From: Planctopirus limnophila DSM 3776
Lineage (GTDB): Bacteria; Planctomycetota; Planctomycetia; Planctomycetales; Planctomycetaceae
Length of the DNA: 32,000 nt
NCBI RefSeq assembly: GCF_000092105.1
Contig: NC_014148.1
Location: 4,560,001-4,592,000 of the forward strand
Direction of reading: 5' to 3'
The number at the start of each line of letters is the position of its first letter. The first letter of the stretch is position 1. The notes under the pieces were generated by a model. It did no database searches, was not told the origin of the DNA, and was given only the letters and a program-made list of their open reading frames with translations. This document shows, one piece after another, positions 13,013 to 22,219 of this stretch. The position numbers and the translations under genes are program-made.

Positions 13013-14845
13013 ATGTTCGAGGGGAAATACTCCCGTATTCTCCTTGCCTTTTTGCTGGGGCATCTCGTTGTCTGGACTGCCATTCCCGCGATGATCCAGC
13101 CCAATCTGCCTCTTGACTGCATCGAAATGGCCATCTGGGGGCATGAATGGCAACTGGGCTATTACAAGCATCCGCCTCTGCCAGCCTGGATCGCCAAGGC
13201 CTTCTCTTCTCTGAGCGATAACAGCGAATGGCCGATTTACCTGGCCTCTCAAATCTGTACTGTTATCACGATGTGGTGTGTCTGGTGCGTGGCTCGAGTC
13301 ATTACCCCCCGGTCCATTGCAGCACTGGCGGTGGTTTCGCTGGAACTGTCTTACTACTTCACACTCACCACGCCTGAATTCAATAACAATATTGTCTCCC
13401 GCTGCTGCTGGGCGATCACTATCAGCAGTTTGTTTTTTGGAGTTCTCAGGCAACAACCCAGATACTGGATGCTCGCAGGGCTGGGCCTGGGTTTAGGCAT
13501 GCTCAGCAAGTACGACACCGCACTTCTGGCAATGGCCATCCTTGGATTTGCCCTGTTCACCCATAAAGGGCGATCGTGCTGGCGAACATCCGGCCCTTGG
13601 CTGTTGCTCGCGATCTCTCTGGTTGTCTTTCTGCCGCATCTCATCTGGGTGGCAGCCAACGATTTCCCCACGTTTCGTTACTTCCTCGCGCGATCAGGAG
13701 GGAGCAAAAACTGGTTTGATCATCTCGAACATCCGTCCAAGTTCTTCATCGCCCAACTTCTGGCGATTGGCCCGTCGATTGCCTCCTGCTGGTGGTGGAC
13801 TCGTCGGCACAATCAGCTCTCGGCTGTCACTCTGGCCACTTCCAACATCGATCCCGATCCCCAGGATCCCACTGGCAGCCATGAGCTCTGGATTCGACAA
13901 TACCTGCTGCTCGTCACGCTTGTTCCCTGCGGATTCGTCCTGCTGCTGTCGTTTGTCACGGGTGCCAAAATTCTCACCATGTGGGGAGCACCCATGTGGA
14001 CGTTCGCACCTTTGACATTCCTGGTCGTGACCAGAGCCCATCACCTTTCCTGGAAAGAACAGCAGCTCTGGCCTTCGTTTACCGTGGTGAGTCTGATCTT
14101 TGTGGCCATCTTTACCACCTCGCGGATGGCTTCTCCTTATGTCCTTGGTAAAGGCTCCCGCGTCAATTTTCCCGGCGAACAACTCGCTCAGGAAATTGAT
14201 CGCATCTGGGCACGCAATCACACAGGTTCACCGCCGATCATTGCCGGCCCCTGGTGGACGGCAGGGAATGTGGCCTTTTATTTACCAGGTCAATCGCGCG
14301 TGTATGTCGATCTTGATCCTGAAAAGAGCCTCTGGCTCAACGACGAAGCCTTTTTATCTGCGGGCGGGATGATTGTCTGGGAAGCAGGCGAGGATGCCGA
14401 TGATTTTGCAACGCAAATTAAGGCGCGCTTTCCCAACGCACAATTTGAGCCCTCGGTGATTGTGAACTGGAGTTCCAGTTCCGCCATTGAACCTCTTCAG
14501 TTTCATATCGCGATGCTGGAAAGTCAGCCGGCAGAACTCCCGCTGTCGGATGCGTTTTCCAGAGCCTTTCAAGGGACGCTTGATACTTTTGAGATACAAC
14601 ATCCCGACCCTGATCTAACCCCAGCCTCCTTTGCCATTCAACAGGCAACGCCCACGTCAGATCTCAACAGGCCACGGCTCCTCGCCATCGATGCCTTACC
14701 TGATCAGACAGCGTCTGAAGAAAACTGGCTGCGGAATGTGCAGTTACTTTTTGATCAACCAGTTCCCACAGATTTTTCTGTACCACCGTCTCTGGAAGCA
14801 CCATTGCGACAAGCCAGTCATCTGGTACCGGAAACACCTCGTTAG
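13013..14845 (+). CDS. GT39/GT83-type (ArnT/PMT-like) integral membrane glycosyltransferase
   Basis: Multi-pass hydrophobic N-terminal roughly 400 aa with a family-typical opening (IPAMIQPNLPLDCIEMAIWGHEWQLGYYKHPPLPAWI). A soluble C-terminal domain follows. Pairing with an upstream GT2 resembles the ArnC/ArnT arrangement. Confidence 0.75.
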   Translation: MFEGKYSRILLAFLLGHLVVWTAIPAMIQPNLPLDCIEMAIWGHEWQLGYYKHPPLPAWIAKAFSSLSDNSEWPIYLASQICTVITMWCVWCVARVITPRSIAALAVVSLELSYYFTLTTPEFNNNIVSRCCWAITISSLFFGVLRQQPRYWMLAGLGLGLGMLSKYDTALLAMAILGFALFTHKGRSCWRTSGPWLLLAISLVVFLPHLIWVAANDFPTFRYFLARSGGSKNWFDHLEHPSKFFIAQLLAIGPSIASCWWWTRRHNQLSAVTLATSNIDPDPQDPTGSHELWIRQYLLLVTLVPCGFVLLLSFVTGAKILTMWGAPMWTFAPLTFLVVTRAHHLSWKEQQLWPSFTVVSLIFVAIFTTSRMASPYVLGKGSRVNFPGEQLAQEIDRIWARNHTGSPPIIAGPWWTAGNVAFYLPGQSRVYVDLDPEKSLWLNDEAFLSAGGMIVWEAGEDADDFATQIKARFPNAQFEPSVIVNWSSSSAIEPLQFHIAMLESQPAELPLSDAFSRAFQGTLDTFEIQHPDPDLTPASFAIQQATPTSDLNRPRLLAIDALPDQTASEENWLRNVQLLFDQPVPTDFSVPPSLEAPLRQASHLVPETPR

Positions 14846-15121
14846 CTCACCGAACTCCCATCGCTGACATCATTTCCACTGTCTTCATTTGTTTTGACAA
14901 AGCCATGCACCAGCCTCGCGAAAGATCCAGCTTTCAGTTGTCAAAAGTGGGGTTGGCCGGTTTTGAAGTGCGCTGCTAAACTCACCGTTCTCTAGGGAGG
15001 CGCCAGTTTCTGGTTCCTTTCTGGAGAATCAAATTCACCACAGACTGTCGGGCCGCAGGCAGTAGATTTCCGAATGGATTCGGTCAATTTCCTGCCTGGC
15101 TACGGAAGGATCCGCGCTCCG

Positions 15122-16105
15122 ATGAATGCGCCAAAAAAATCGTCAGCCAAGTTCCTTGGTCTGGCACTCGCCGCCGTTTTACCAGGCATGATGCACCTTT
15201 CCGGCAGCGGAATTCGGGAGGCCACCGCACAGGTGCCCCCAACCCCTGCTGGTGAAGTTCGCCTGCAAAGACCTGCTCCCAATCCTATGGTGGTCGAAGA
15301 ATTGCCAGCCGACCTGCTGAAGATCATGCAGGACTGGGAATACAACTCGGCCCGAATTCAAACACTCACGGGTAAGCACAGCCGGATTGTTTACAACGTT
15401 GTCTTTGAAACCGAACGTCGCTCGACAGGCCAGTTCTTCTACGAACAGCCCGATCAGGGCCGTATCGACATGAAAGGTGTTGAGCCCACACGTGATGCGG
15501 TCTCACGCCGCGTCGGCGCTTCGGGTAAGCCTTTTCGCATCGAAGCTGACAAGCAGGAACGCTGGATCTGCACCGGCCAGGAAGTTCTGCAGATCAACGA
15601 CACGGAAAAAACCTACGAAATCTACCCTTTGCCACCCAATATGCAGGGTCAGAACATCATCAACGGGCCTTTGCCTTTTCTGTTTGGTATGAAGGTCGAT
15701 GAAGCTCGCCGCAGGTTTTCGCTGACCTTACTCGCTGCCAATGACAAACTGGCCAAGATTGAAGTCATTCCTCGCTTGCAGATGGATGCCAATAACTACA
15801 AACGGGCCGAGATCATGCTCGATCTCAAGTCGTTCCTGCCCAGTGCTGTCAAGCTGATCGATCCAGCCGGTACGCTCGAAACGGTCTACGTTTTCAGCGA
15901 TCTCCAGCCCAACCAGGCGGGCATTCGAGCCGCCATGGCCAATCTGTGGGGACGCGATCCGTTTAAGCCGGCTTTGAATGGCTACAAGATGGTTCAAGTG
16001 GCTCCCAAGGTTGATGCCGAGCTTGTCCCGGCAGGTAATCAGCAGCCCGCCCCTTCAGGCAATGCTCCCCGTCAAAGCAGCAACATGGCCCCTCCACGCA
16101 ACTAG
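15122..16105 (+). CDS. Secreted hypothetical protein, possible LolA-like fold
   Basis: Signal-peptide-like MNAPKKSSAKFLGLALAAVLPGMMHLSG. The beta-rich central part (GQFFYEQPDQGRIDMKG...) recalls LolA-like domains. The C-terminus is low complexity. The function call is weak. An alternative start lies at 15074. Confidence 0.55.
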   Translation: MNAPKKSSAKFLGLALAAVLPGMMHLSGSGIREATAQVPPTPAGEVRLQRPAPNPMVVEELPADLLKIMQDWEYNSARIQTLTGKHSRIVYNVVFETERRSTGQFFYEQPDQGRIDMKGVEPTRDAVSRRVGASGKPFRIEADKQERWICTGQEVLQINDTEKTYEIYPLPPNMQGQNIINGPLPFLFGMKVDEARRRFSLTLLAANDKLAKIEVIPRLQMDANNYKRAEIMLDLKSFLPSAVKLIDPAGTLETVYVFSDLQPNQAGIRAAMANLWGRDPFKPALNGYKMVQVAPKVDAELVPAGNQQPAPSGNAPRQSSNMAPPRN

Positions 16106-16167
16106 CCAGGCTTTTGCTGGAGCGCTGATTGTTTGGCAGTGGCAAAAGGTCAAGAGTATCCCGTCGA

Positions 16168-16329
16168 CGGGTGGCAGGGGTCGGATGTCTTCATCCGCCC
16201 CCTGGTCAATCCGGGTCACCAGCAGAATTGCATCTGAAAAGATGCTTCATGACGGTTGAGAAAGTTTGCCAGGGACGATCAGAGTCCAATGACCTGGGGG
16301 CAAACGAGGACGTTTGACCCCAGCCACCC
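16168..16329. repeat. Module B element copy 1: MITE-like, ~162 bp, ~34-bp imperfect terminal inverted repeats
   Basis: Left end gggtggcaggggtcggatgtcttcatccgcccc. Right end gggggcaaacgaggacgtttgaccccagccaccc, whose reverse complement is gggtggctggggtcaaacgtcctcgtttgccccc. Essentially identical to copy 2, differing by one C in a C-run. Confidence 0.85.
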
Positions 16330-16407
16330 ATCCCGCGATGAAGCCGGTTGTGGATGGCACGTCCAATACGTGTGGACTCGCCCTCATCCCAGCCTTCACA
16401 TGTCGAA

Positions 16408-16568
16408 GGGTGGCAGGGGTCGGATGTCTTCATCCGCCCCCTGGTCAATCCGGGTCACCAGCAGAATTGCATCTGAAAAGATGCTTCATGACGGTTGAGA
16501 AAGTTTGCCAGGGACGATCAGAGTCCAATGACCTGGGGGCAAACGAGGACGTTTGACCCCAGCCACCC
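16408..16568. repeat. Module B element copy 2 (direct repeat of 16168-16329)
   Basis: A 161-bp copy in the same orientation, separated from copy 1 by a 78-bp unique spacer. The two copies explain the duplicated peptide strings in ORFs 15978..16259, 16256..16498 and 16314..16556. Confidence 0.85.
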
Positions 16569-16606
16569 GACGCTTGTGAATCGGGTGAGTGGAGTGAGTG
16601 GCTGAT

Positions 16607-17473
16607 TTAGAAGCCGCCCTTTTTGGTCAGTTCCTGGAATCGCTTGAGCAGGTCGTTAGTGACGGGGCCGGGTTTACCAGTGCCGATCGGGCGACCATCG
16701 AGGCTCACCACAGCCACCACTTCGGCCGCTGTCCCTGTGAGGAAGCATTCGTCAGCCACGTAGAGATCGTGCCGGGTGAGTGGTTCTTCCTTAACAGGAT
16801 AGCCCGCTTCGCGAGCCAGGCGCATCACGGCATTGCGGGTAATCCCTTCGAGAATGCCTGCATCCTTGGGAGGAGTCAGCAGGACTCCCTTCTTGATGAT
16901 GAAGATGTTATCGCCCGTGCATTCGGCGACCTCGCCTTTATGGTTGAGCATCAGCGCTTCGACCATGCCGGCATCTGTCCCTTCAATACGGGCCATGATG
17001 TTGTTGAGATAATTGAGTGATTTGATCCGCGGGCTGAGAGCACCGGGATGATTACGAATGGTGCTGGCGGTCACCAGCTTCATGCCATTCGTGTAGGTCT
17101 CGGGAGGGTACATCGTGATCGTATCGGCAATGATGATCACCTGCGGATTCGACGTCTTGCGAATATCGAGGCCCAGGCTCCCTGCACCACGGGTGACGAC
17201 CAGACGAATGTAGCCATCCGAAAGGTTGTTGGCGGCGACAGTCTCTTCGACCGCCTTCTTCAAGGCAGCCGCTTCCATGGGGATGACGAGACGAATGGCG
17301 CGAGCACTTTCGTAGAGGCGTTCGATGTGTTCGTCGTGCAGGAAGACTTTGCCGCCGTAAACCCGAATCCCCTCGAAGACGCCGTCGCCATAGAGCAAAC
17401 CGTGATCGAAGACACTGACTTTGGCATCGGCCTCGTCAACCAGGCGATCCGAAAGGAAGATTTTCAAAGGCAT
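16607..17473 (-). CDS. ilvE: Branched-chain amino acid aminotransferase (class IV PLP enzyme)
   Basis: MPLKIFLSDRLVDEADAKVSVFDHGLLYGDGVFEGIRVY, RLVVTRGAGSLGLD, the PLP-lysine context IKSLNYLNNIMARIE, and GILEGITR. I chose the ATG at 17473; the ORF track opens at a TTG at 17482. Confidence 0.9.
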   Translation of the reverse strand: MPLKIFLSDRLVDEADAKVSVFDHGLLYGDGVFEGIRVYGGKVFLHDEHIERLYESARAIRLVIPMEAAALKKAVEETVAANNLSDGYIRLVVTRGAGSLGLDIRKTSNPQVIIIADTITMYPPETYTNGMKLVTASTIRNHPGALSPRIKSLNYLNNIMARIEGTDAGMVEALMLNHKGEVAECTGDNIFIIKKGVLLTPPKDAGILEGITRNAVMRLAREAGYPVKEEPLTRHDLYVADECFLTGTAAEVVAVVSLDGRPIGTGKPGPVTNDLLKRFQELTKKGGF

Positions 17474-17752
17474 GACGAACAATCCTGGGGGCAGTCGGGA
17501 TGGTGAACTTGTCCTCTTGTTGTATCCGCAATAACGCTGGAGGGAAACTCCGGCGGATAGTCATACGTGATGAAATCCTCTTCAAAAAGTTTCCCGGACA
17601 GCTTTTCGCCACTGACAGATGCAGCTCTCGAAAGGTTCGCCCGATCACTCAAGGGAATCGCCAGAAAGGAGACATTGCCGCCAGATTTTGCGCAACAACC
17701 GCTGATAGGGTGAGAGGCCCGTTCACTCACACTTCTAACGGCGGAAAGCTCC

Positions 17753-19114
17753 ATGCTCACATTTCTGGCAGATACCCTGGCTCGCTGGCAGACACAGGCC
17801 CGTTACCGGCGCCGTGTGAGTGAACAGCTGCTTCAACTGGTCGAGCGAAAAACCTCGCTGAAAGACGACGATGTGGCTGGATGGCAGCAGATCTCGGGCT
17901 CCACACCGCAGAGTTCGCTTCCCGTCGGGAGTGCAAGTGCCTGGCGGGCCTCCCGCAAGCTGCATCTGCGCGATCAAGCCCGGCAACTGGTGACGGAAAA
18001 TCCCCATGCTCGCAACCTGCTGAGGCTCATGGAGATTTATGTGGTGGGTGCCGGTCTTGAACTCACTTTTCAGGCGCATCGTCCGGAAGATCAGGAACTT
18101 GCTAATCAAGCCACCCGGCTGTGGAAGGAGTTTCTCAGTCGGAACTCCCGCCACTTCTCGCCGCGCGAATATGCCCGCCGAGCCTGGCGTGATGGTGAAG
18201 TCTTCCTGCGACTTTTCCCCATGCCCGATGGTTCACTCGAAGTTCGATTTATCGACCCCGAAGCGATCGCTCCTTTGCCTCATGCTCCGGAAGACGAAGG
18301 GATTGTGACTTTACCTGGCGATGTCGAATCGGTGGTGGCCTATCATCATGTTGATCCACTCACGGGCCAGTGGCAAGGTGACCTTCCTGCGGAAGAAGTG
18401 ATTCACACGCGAATGGGCATCGATTCCAACGAACGGCGCGGCATCAGTCTCTTCGCTCCTATCATCGATTCACTGTCCCGATTTGATCACTGGCTGGAGA
18501 CCGAACTGACAGCCCGCAAGCTGCAGGCTTCGCTGGTCTTATGGCGTAAGATTCAGGGTTCACCGGCCCAGCTCTCTCAAATGGCTGAGAGTGGCCATAC
18601 TCCCCGCGAACGTTATCTGCCGGGAAGTATCCTGACGACATCCCATACCACCGATCTGCAGTTCCTTTCGCCCAATACAAACTTTGGTGATGCCGTCCCG
18701 CTGGGTCGATTGCTGCTGCTTTGTGTGGCGGCTGGTGCAGGTCTGCCGGAGTTCATGCTTTCGAGCGACGCCTCGAATGCCTCGTACTCGTCGACGATGG
18801 TGGCGGAAGGCCCGGCCGTCAAGCTCTTTGAGAGTGAGCAGCAGTTCTTTGCCCGTGAGTTCGAGCAGTTGAGCAGGGCCGTGTTACGAGCCGCTGCAAT
18901 CACACGCGGCTGGCCTGAAGATCTGCTCGATCGAATTGTGCCTCACTGGTCATTTCCACAGCTCGTCAATCGAGATCGTCCCCGCGAACGGCTGGCTGAT
19001 GTGCAACTGGTTGAGCAAGGGATTCTCAGCCGGGCTGAAGTCGCCCGCCGCGATCACGCCGACCCACAGACCATGCGGCGTGAACTCAATGAAGAAGCCG
19101 CACCAGTTGCATGA
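17753..19114 (+). CDS. Phage portal protein (lambda-like portal family pattern)
   Basis: 453 aa. The segment RDQARQLVTENPHARNLLRLMEIYVVGAGLELTFQ...ANQATRLWKEFL matches the conserved N-terminal pattern of lambda-type portals (R..aR.L..NnP.a......VvG.G, then W.e). It is the first gene of a head-tail array. Confidence 0.75.
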   Translation: MLTFLADTLARWQTQARYRRRVSEQLLQLVERKTSLKDDDVAGWQQISGSTPQSSLPVGSASAWRASRKLHLRDQARQLVTENPHARNLLRLMEIYVVGAGLELTFQAHRPEDQELANQATRLWKEFLSRNSRHFSPREYARRAWRDGEVFLRLFPMPDGSLEVRFIDPEAIAPLPHAPEDEGIVTLPGDVESVVAYHHVDPLTGQWQGDLPAEEVIHTRMGIDSNERRGISLFAPIIDSLSRFDHWLETELTARKLQASLVLWRKIQGSPAQLSQMAESGHTPRERYLPGSILTTSHTTDLQFLSPNTNFGDAVPLGRLLLLCVAAGAGLPEFMLSSDASNASYSSTMVAEGPAVKLFESEQQFFAREFEQLSRAVLRAAAITRGWPEDLLDRIVPHWSFPQLVNRDRPRERLADVQLVEQGILSRAEVARRDHADPQTMRRELNEEAAPVA

Positions 19115-19150
19115 TACCCATTGCAGTATTCAACTGCGTTCATTGGTATG

Positions 19151-19234
19151 GGGTGGCTGGGGTTGAGCGTCTTCGCGAACCCCCAGTTCATGCCGAAAAT
19201 CGCTGGGGGTTCGAAGACTCAACCCCAGCCACCC
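19151..19234. repeat. Module A element: 84-bp near-perfect hairpin 37 nt after the portal stop
   Basis: The arm gggtggctggggttgagcgtcttcgcgaaccccca pairs with tgggggttcgaagactcaaccccagccaccc. The arms differ only by two cg dinucleotide bulges. The outer gggtggctgggg is shared with module B termini. Confidence 0.85.
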
Positions 19235-19300
19235 ACCGCGTAGTTGTTTATTGACATCCGTATGATCCGTCTCCTGATGCCCGCCAGACGAGCTGGAAAC

Positions 19301-19382
19301 TCTCCCACTCCCCTTCTTTTCCTTTCCTCCTTCTTTCCCTTCTCCCCTTCTCTCCTTTTCACCTTCCACCACCTCACTTCCT
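19301..19382 (+). other. Polypyrimidine (C/T) tract upstream of the protease-scaffold gene
   Basis: tctcccactccccttcttttcctttcctccttctttcccttctccccttctctccttttcaccttccaccacctcacttcctg. It is almost purine-free on the gene strand and ends 15 nt before the ATG at 19398. Confidence 0.85.
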
Positions 19383-19397
19383 GTCAAAAGTCTCCAC

Positions 19398-20303
19398 ATG
19401 CCCACACCACTTGTTGAACATCTGCACGACTGGCATTCGGCCAGCCTCCGTGTCGATCGCGATGCCCGCATGGTTTATGACGTCGCTTTGACGGCCGCTG
19501 AATCGGCCAATGGCTATCGCTATCTCCCCGAAGCTCTGGAAAGTGCAGTCCCGCTCTACGAGCGAAAGCCTGTCTTTCTTGATCATGCTCCCGCCGCCCA
19601 TCGTCCCCGCGATCGCAGTATGCGCGATCTGGTGGGAACCATTCGTGCGGCACGCTACGTCGAAGGCCGCATTCGCGGCGACATTGAAGTGGTCGATACC
19701 GAAGCAGGCCGCATTTTTTTAGGACTCGTGGAAACTCAAAGCCCGGCCCTGGGGATGAGCCATGTCGTGCTTGCCCAGCAGGATCCGGCTGCCAAAACCA
19801 TTACAGCGATTGTCGATGTCATCAGTGTCGATGCTGTCGCTTTTCCCGCCACAGCCGCCACCTTTGCCGAGCAATCGGAAAGTGCGATTCCGCCTGAATC
19901 AACCACTTCCAGCGCCACATGTCACGCAAACCCGTCTTGTGCGAATTCGTGTGCCGCCTGCCAGCCGCAAATCAGTGAACTGACGCAATTGCAGCACGAG
20001 AATGCCGAGTTGCGACAGCAGATCCAGGGACTGCAGGAATCGCAACGCGACCTGCTGCAAACTCAACAAGTCCAGACGCTGCTCGAAGCGGCCCAACTGC
20101 CACCCGACCTGCTCACTCCCGAGTTCCGCCAACTGCTGGAGAAAACACCTCTGGGCCTAAGGCCCGCTCTCATCCAGGAACGCATCACTCTCGCCCGACA
20201 ATGGAGACCCACCCCGCACAGCCTTTCACGAACCTCTCACAGCTCTGCCAACCCGACGGACGCCTCGATTATCGAAACCATCCGCAAACGCTTCTCCCGC
20301 TAG
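19398..20303 (+). CDS. Putative prohead protease fused to a coiled-coil scaffold domain
   Basis: It sits between portal and capsid. The N-terminal roughly 150 aa fit an HK97-protease-like layout (KPVFLDHA...VGTI...GRIRGDIEVVDTEAGRIFLGLVETQSPALGMSHVV). The C-terminal heptad-like region ISELTQLQHENAELRQQIQGLQESQRDLLQTQQVQTLLEAAQ is typical of scaffolds. The call rests on pattern only. Confidence 0.5.
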   Translation: MPTPLVEHLHDWHSASLRVDRDARMVYDVALTAAESANGYRYLPEALESAVPLYERKPVFLDHAPAAHRPRDRSMRDLVGTIRAARYVEGRIRGDIEVVDTEAGRIFLGLVETQSPALGMSHVVLAQQDPAAKTITAIVDVISVDAVAFPATAATFAEQSESAIPPESTTSSATCHANPSCANSCAACQPQISELTQLQHENAELRQQIQGLQESQRDLLQTQQVQTLLEAAQLPPDLLTPEFRQLLEKTPLGLRPALIQERITLARQWRPTPHSLSRTSHSSANPTDASIIETIRKRFSR

Positions 20304-20364
20304 TCACGCCCTCTCAGTCAATGCTCATCTCCTGATTCCTTTCTCTCACTCTTGAAGGCTTCTC

Positions 20365-20862
20365 ATGCTTCCAGCACTTCGTTTCCGTTCTGGTCAGGTT
20401 CAGCTCCAGCGCTGGCCCGTTGCCAGTGAAACTGTCATCGAGCCAGGCGATCTCGTCTATTTCGATGGCACCTCGATCAAGCCCGCTTCGTCATTCCCCT
20501 GGACAACCAATCTCGTCACCACTCAGACAAACTTTGCCGCTGCCTTCGTGGGTGTGGCTCATCAGGCTTCGGCAGCGGGGCAAAATGCTCCCGTCTCAGT
20601 CGATATCAGCCCGCTCGCCACTTACGAATATGCGGTCTCATCCGGCAACTACACCGTGGGCCAGACGATCGCAGTTCATGGGGCTCCCAGTGCCTTGTCG
20701 AAGCAGCAGTTAGCCCCTTCTGTCAGTACGGCTGCCATGGCCCGGGCGGCTGAATCGGTGAGCAGCGCGACGACACTGCGTGTCAATTTTGCCAGTGCGT
20801 ACAGCGTCGCCAGCAGCAACATTCACGCTCAGCTCGGTCCAATTCCTGCATCCGAAGCGTAA
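20365..20862 (+). CDS. Putative head decoration / capsid cement protein (DUF2190-like pattern)
   Basis: 165 aa, immediately upstream of the capsid gene. The pattern GDLVYFDG...AAFVGVAHQASAAGQNAPVSVDISPLATYEYAV recalls DUF2190-type decoration proteins. The call rests on position and pattern only. Confidence 0.4.
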   Translation: MLPALRFRSGQVQLQRWPVASETVIEPGDLVYFDGTSIKPASSFPWTTNLVTTQTNFAAAFVGVAHQASAAGQNAPVSVDISPLATYEYAVSSGNYTVGQTIAVHGAPSALSKQQLAPSVSTAAMARAAESVSSATTLRVNFASAYSVASSNIHAQLGPIPASEA

Positions 20863-20957
20863 ACCACTCTCGCAGTTGCCTCTCATCCACCTGATTCATC
20901 CCTCTGGCTTCTCCCCTTTTCACCTTCCCCTCTTTTCGCCTACCAAGAACCCCACAC
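20863..20957 (+). other. Spacer S2 with polypyrimidine tract upstream of the capsid gene
   Basis: Bases 20881-20945 read tctcatccacctgattcatccctctggcttctccccttttcaccttcccctcttttcgcctacc, which is strongly C/T-rich on the gene strand. Confidence 0.7.
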
Positions 20958-22151
20958 ATGCCACACCTGCAACCACTCATCGCTTCACTGGGCCCCGAAG
21001 GCTTCTATCACAAGGTCTGCACGCTGCTCAATGAGAAGCAGCTCTCTGTCGATGACTTCAGTTATTACGAACTTGCCGAGGCCTGTGGTGTCCTCCCGGA
21101 GCTGCGCTCGACGCGACCACTCGCTACCGATCTACCCATTCCTGCACTCTTGCGAGAATCCAACCCGGGCGTGAACTCGTCGCTCTTTCAAGTCGTTACG
21201 GCCGAACTCATTGGCCGCAAAGTTCTCGAAGGCTACGAAGATGATTCCGGTTTCATTGGCGATCGTCTTGTCACGGTTCTTCCCAGCCGGGGAAGATCGC
21301 AGAAGCTCGCGGGCTTTCGCGCCTTGAGCGGCCCGACGGAAGTCTCGGAAGGTCATCCCTATGAAGAATCGACCTTCAGTGAAAAATTCATCACGACCGA
21401 AGAAGCCAAGCGCGGCCGCATTCTTTCGATCAATGAAGAGCTGATTGCTTTTGACCAGACGGGCGAAATCAACCGCCGGGCACTGGCCCTGGGCTTCTAT
21501 CTGCGTCAGGAGCGAGAGCGGACGATTGTGCGGGCAGTGACCGATGCCGACGCGGGCCAGCAGCGATTTGTCTATCGACCTTCGGGGCAGGGCCAGGTGC
21601 TCTACAAGGCTGATGGTTCGCATCAGAACGTCATCGGGCCAGACAACATCACCTCGATCGACTTTGCCGAAAGTCTCCCGCTCACCAACTGGGACGACAT
21701 CGACAAAGTGCTCAATTACCGCGCGACACAGATCAAAGACGATCGCATCGATGGTGCTCCGCGACCCATTCTCGTTCCTGCCCGGCAGATACTTGTCCCC
21801 GAAAAACTACGCGGCACCGCGCGCAGCCTCGTGCATGCCAGCGAGATCATCGTCACCACCGAAGACCGCGAAACCCGCCTCGCCAACCCTATTCGCGATC
21901 AGTTCGAAGTCCTCTCGTCCCCGTTCATTGATGAGCAGGGAGGCAGTGCCCTCTCTGCGTGGTATCTGGGCGATTTCAAGCGCCAGTTCGTCTGGACAGA
22001 AATCTGGCCCGTGCAAACCTTCCTCCAGCGGGAAACGAGCGAAGGGGCTTTCGATCGCGATGTCGTCCTGCGGGTGAAAGCCCGTTACTTCGGCGGAGTT
22101 TCAGCCGTCGATACCGTCTTTGTCACCAAGGTCGATGGCAGCGAAGAATAA
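20958..22151 (+). CDS. Putative major capsid protein
   Basis: 397 aa, in the canonical position after portal, protease-scaffold and decoration genes. It is the largest head gene after the portal. The central block SEGHPYEESTFSEKFITTEEAKRGRILSINEELIAFDQTGE resembles capsid-family blocks. No search was run. Confidence 0.55.
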   Translation: MPHLQPLIASLGPEGFYHKVCTLLNEKQLSVDDFSYYELAEACGVLPELRSTRPLATDLPIPALLRESNPGVNSSLFQVVTAELIGRKVLEGYEDDSGFIGDRLVTVLPSRGRSQKLAGFRALSGPTEVSEGHPYEESTFSEKFITTEEAKRGRILSINEELIAFDQTGEINRRALALGFYLRQERERTIVRAVTDADAGQQRFVYRPSGQGQVLYKADGSHQNVIGPDNITSIDFAESLPLTNWDDIDKVLNYRATQIKDDRIDGAPRPILVPARQILVPEKLRGTARSLVHASEIIVTTEDRETRLANPIRDQFEVLSSPFIDEQGGSALSAWYLGDFKRQFVWTEIWPVQTFLQRETSEGAFDRDVVLRVKARYFGGVSAVDTVFVTKVDGSEE

Positions 22152-22219
22152 TCGTTCACTGAACCTTTCAATCCCTCTGTTGTAGACTCTTCAACCATCC
22201 TCGTGCAGGTTTCTGGGCC

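Noticed and set aside
16168-16329. Idea that the mismatches between the terminal inverted repeats are G-U wobbles on one strand only, implying a strand-specific structured RNA.
   Set aside because: I paired the arms position by position. There are about 4 wobble-compatible differences on the plus-strand RNA and about 3 on the minus strand. The remaining differences are true mismatches. There is no clear asymmetry.
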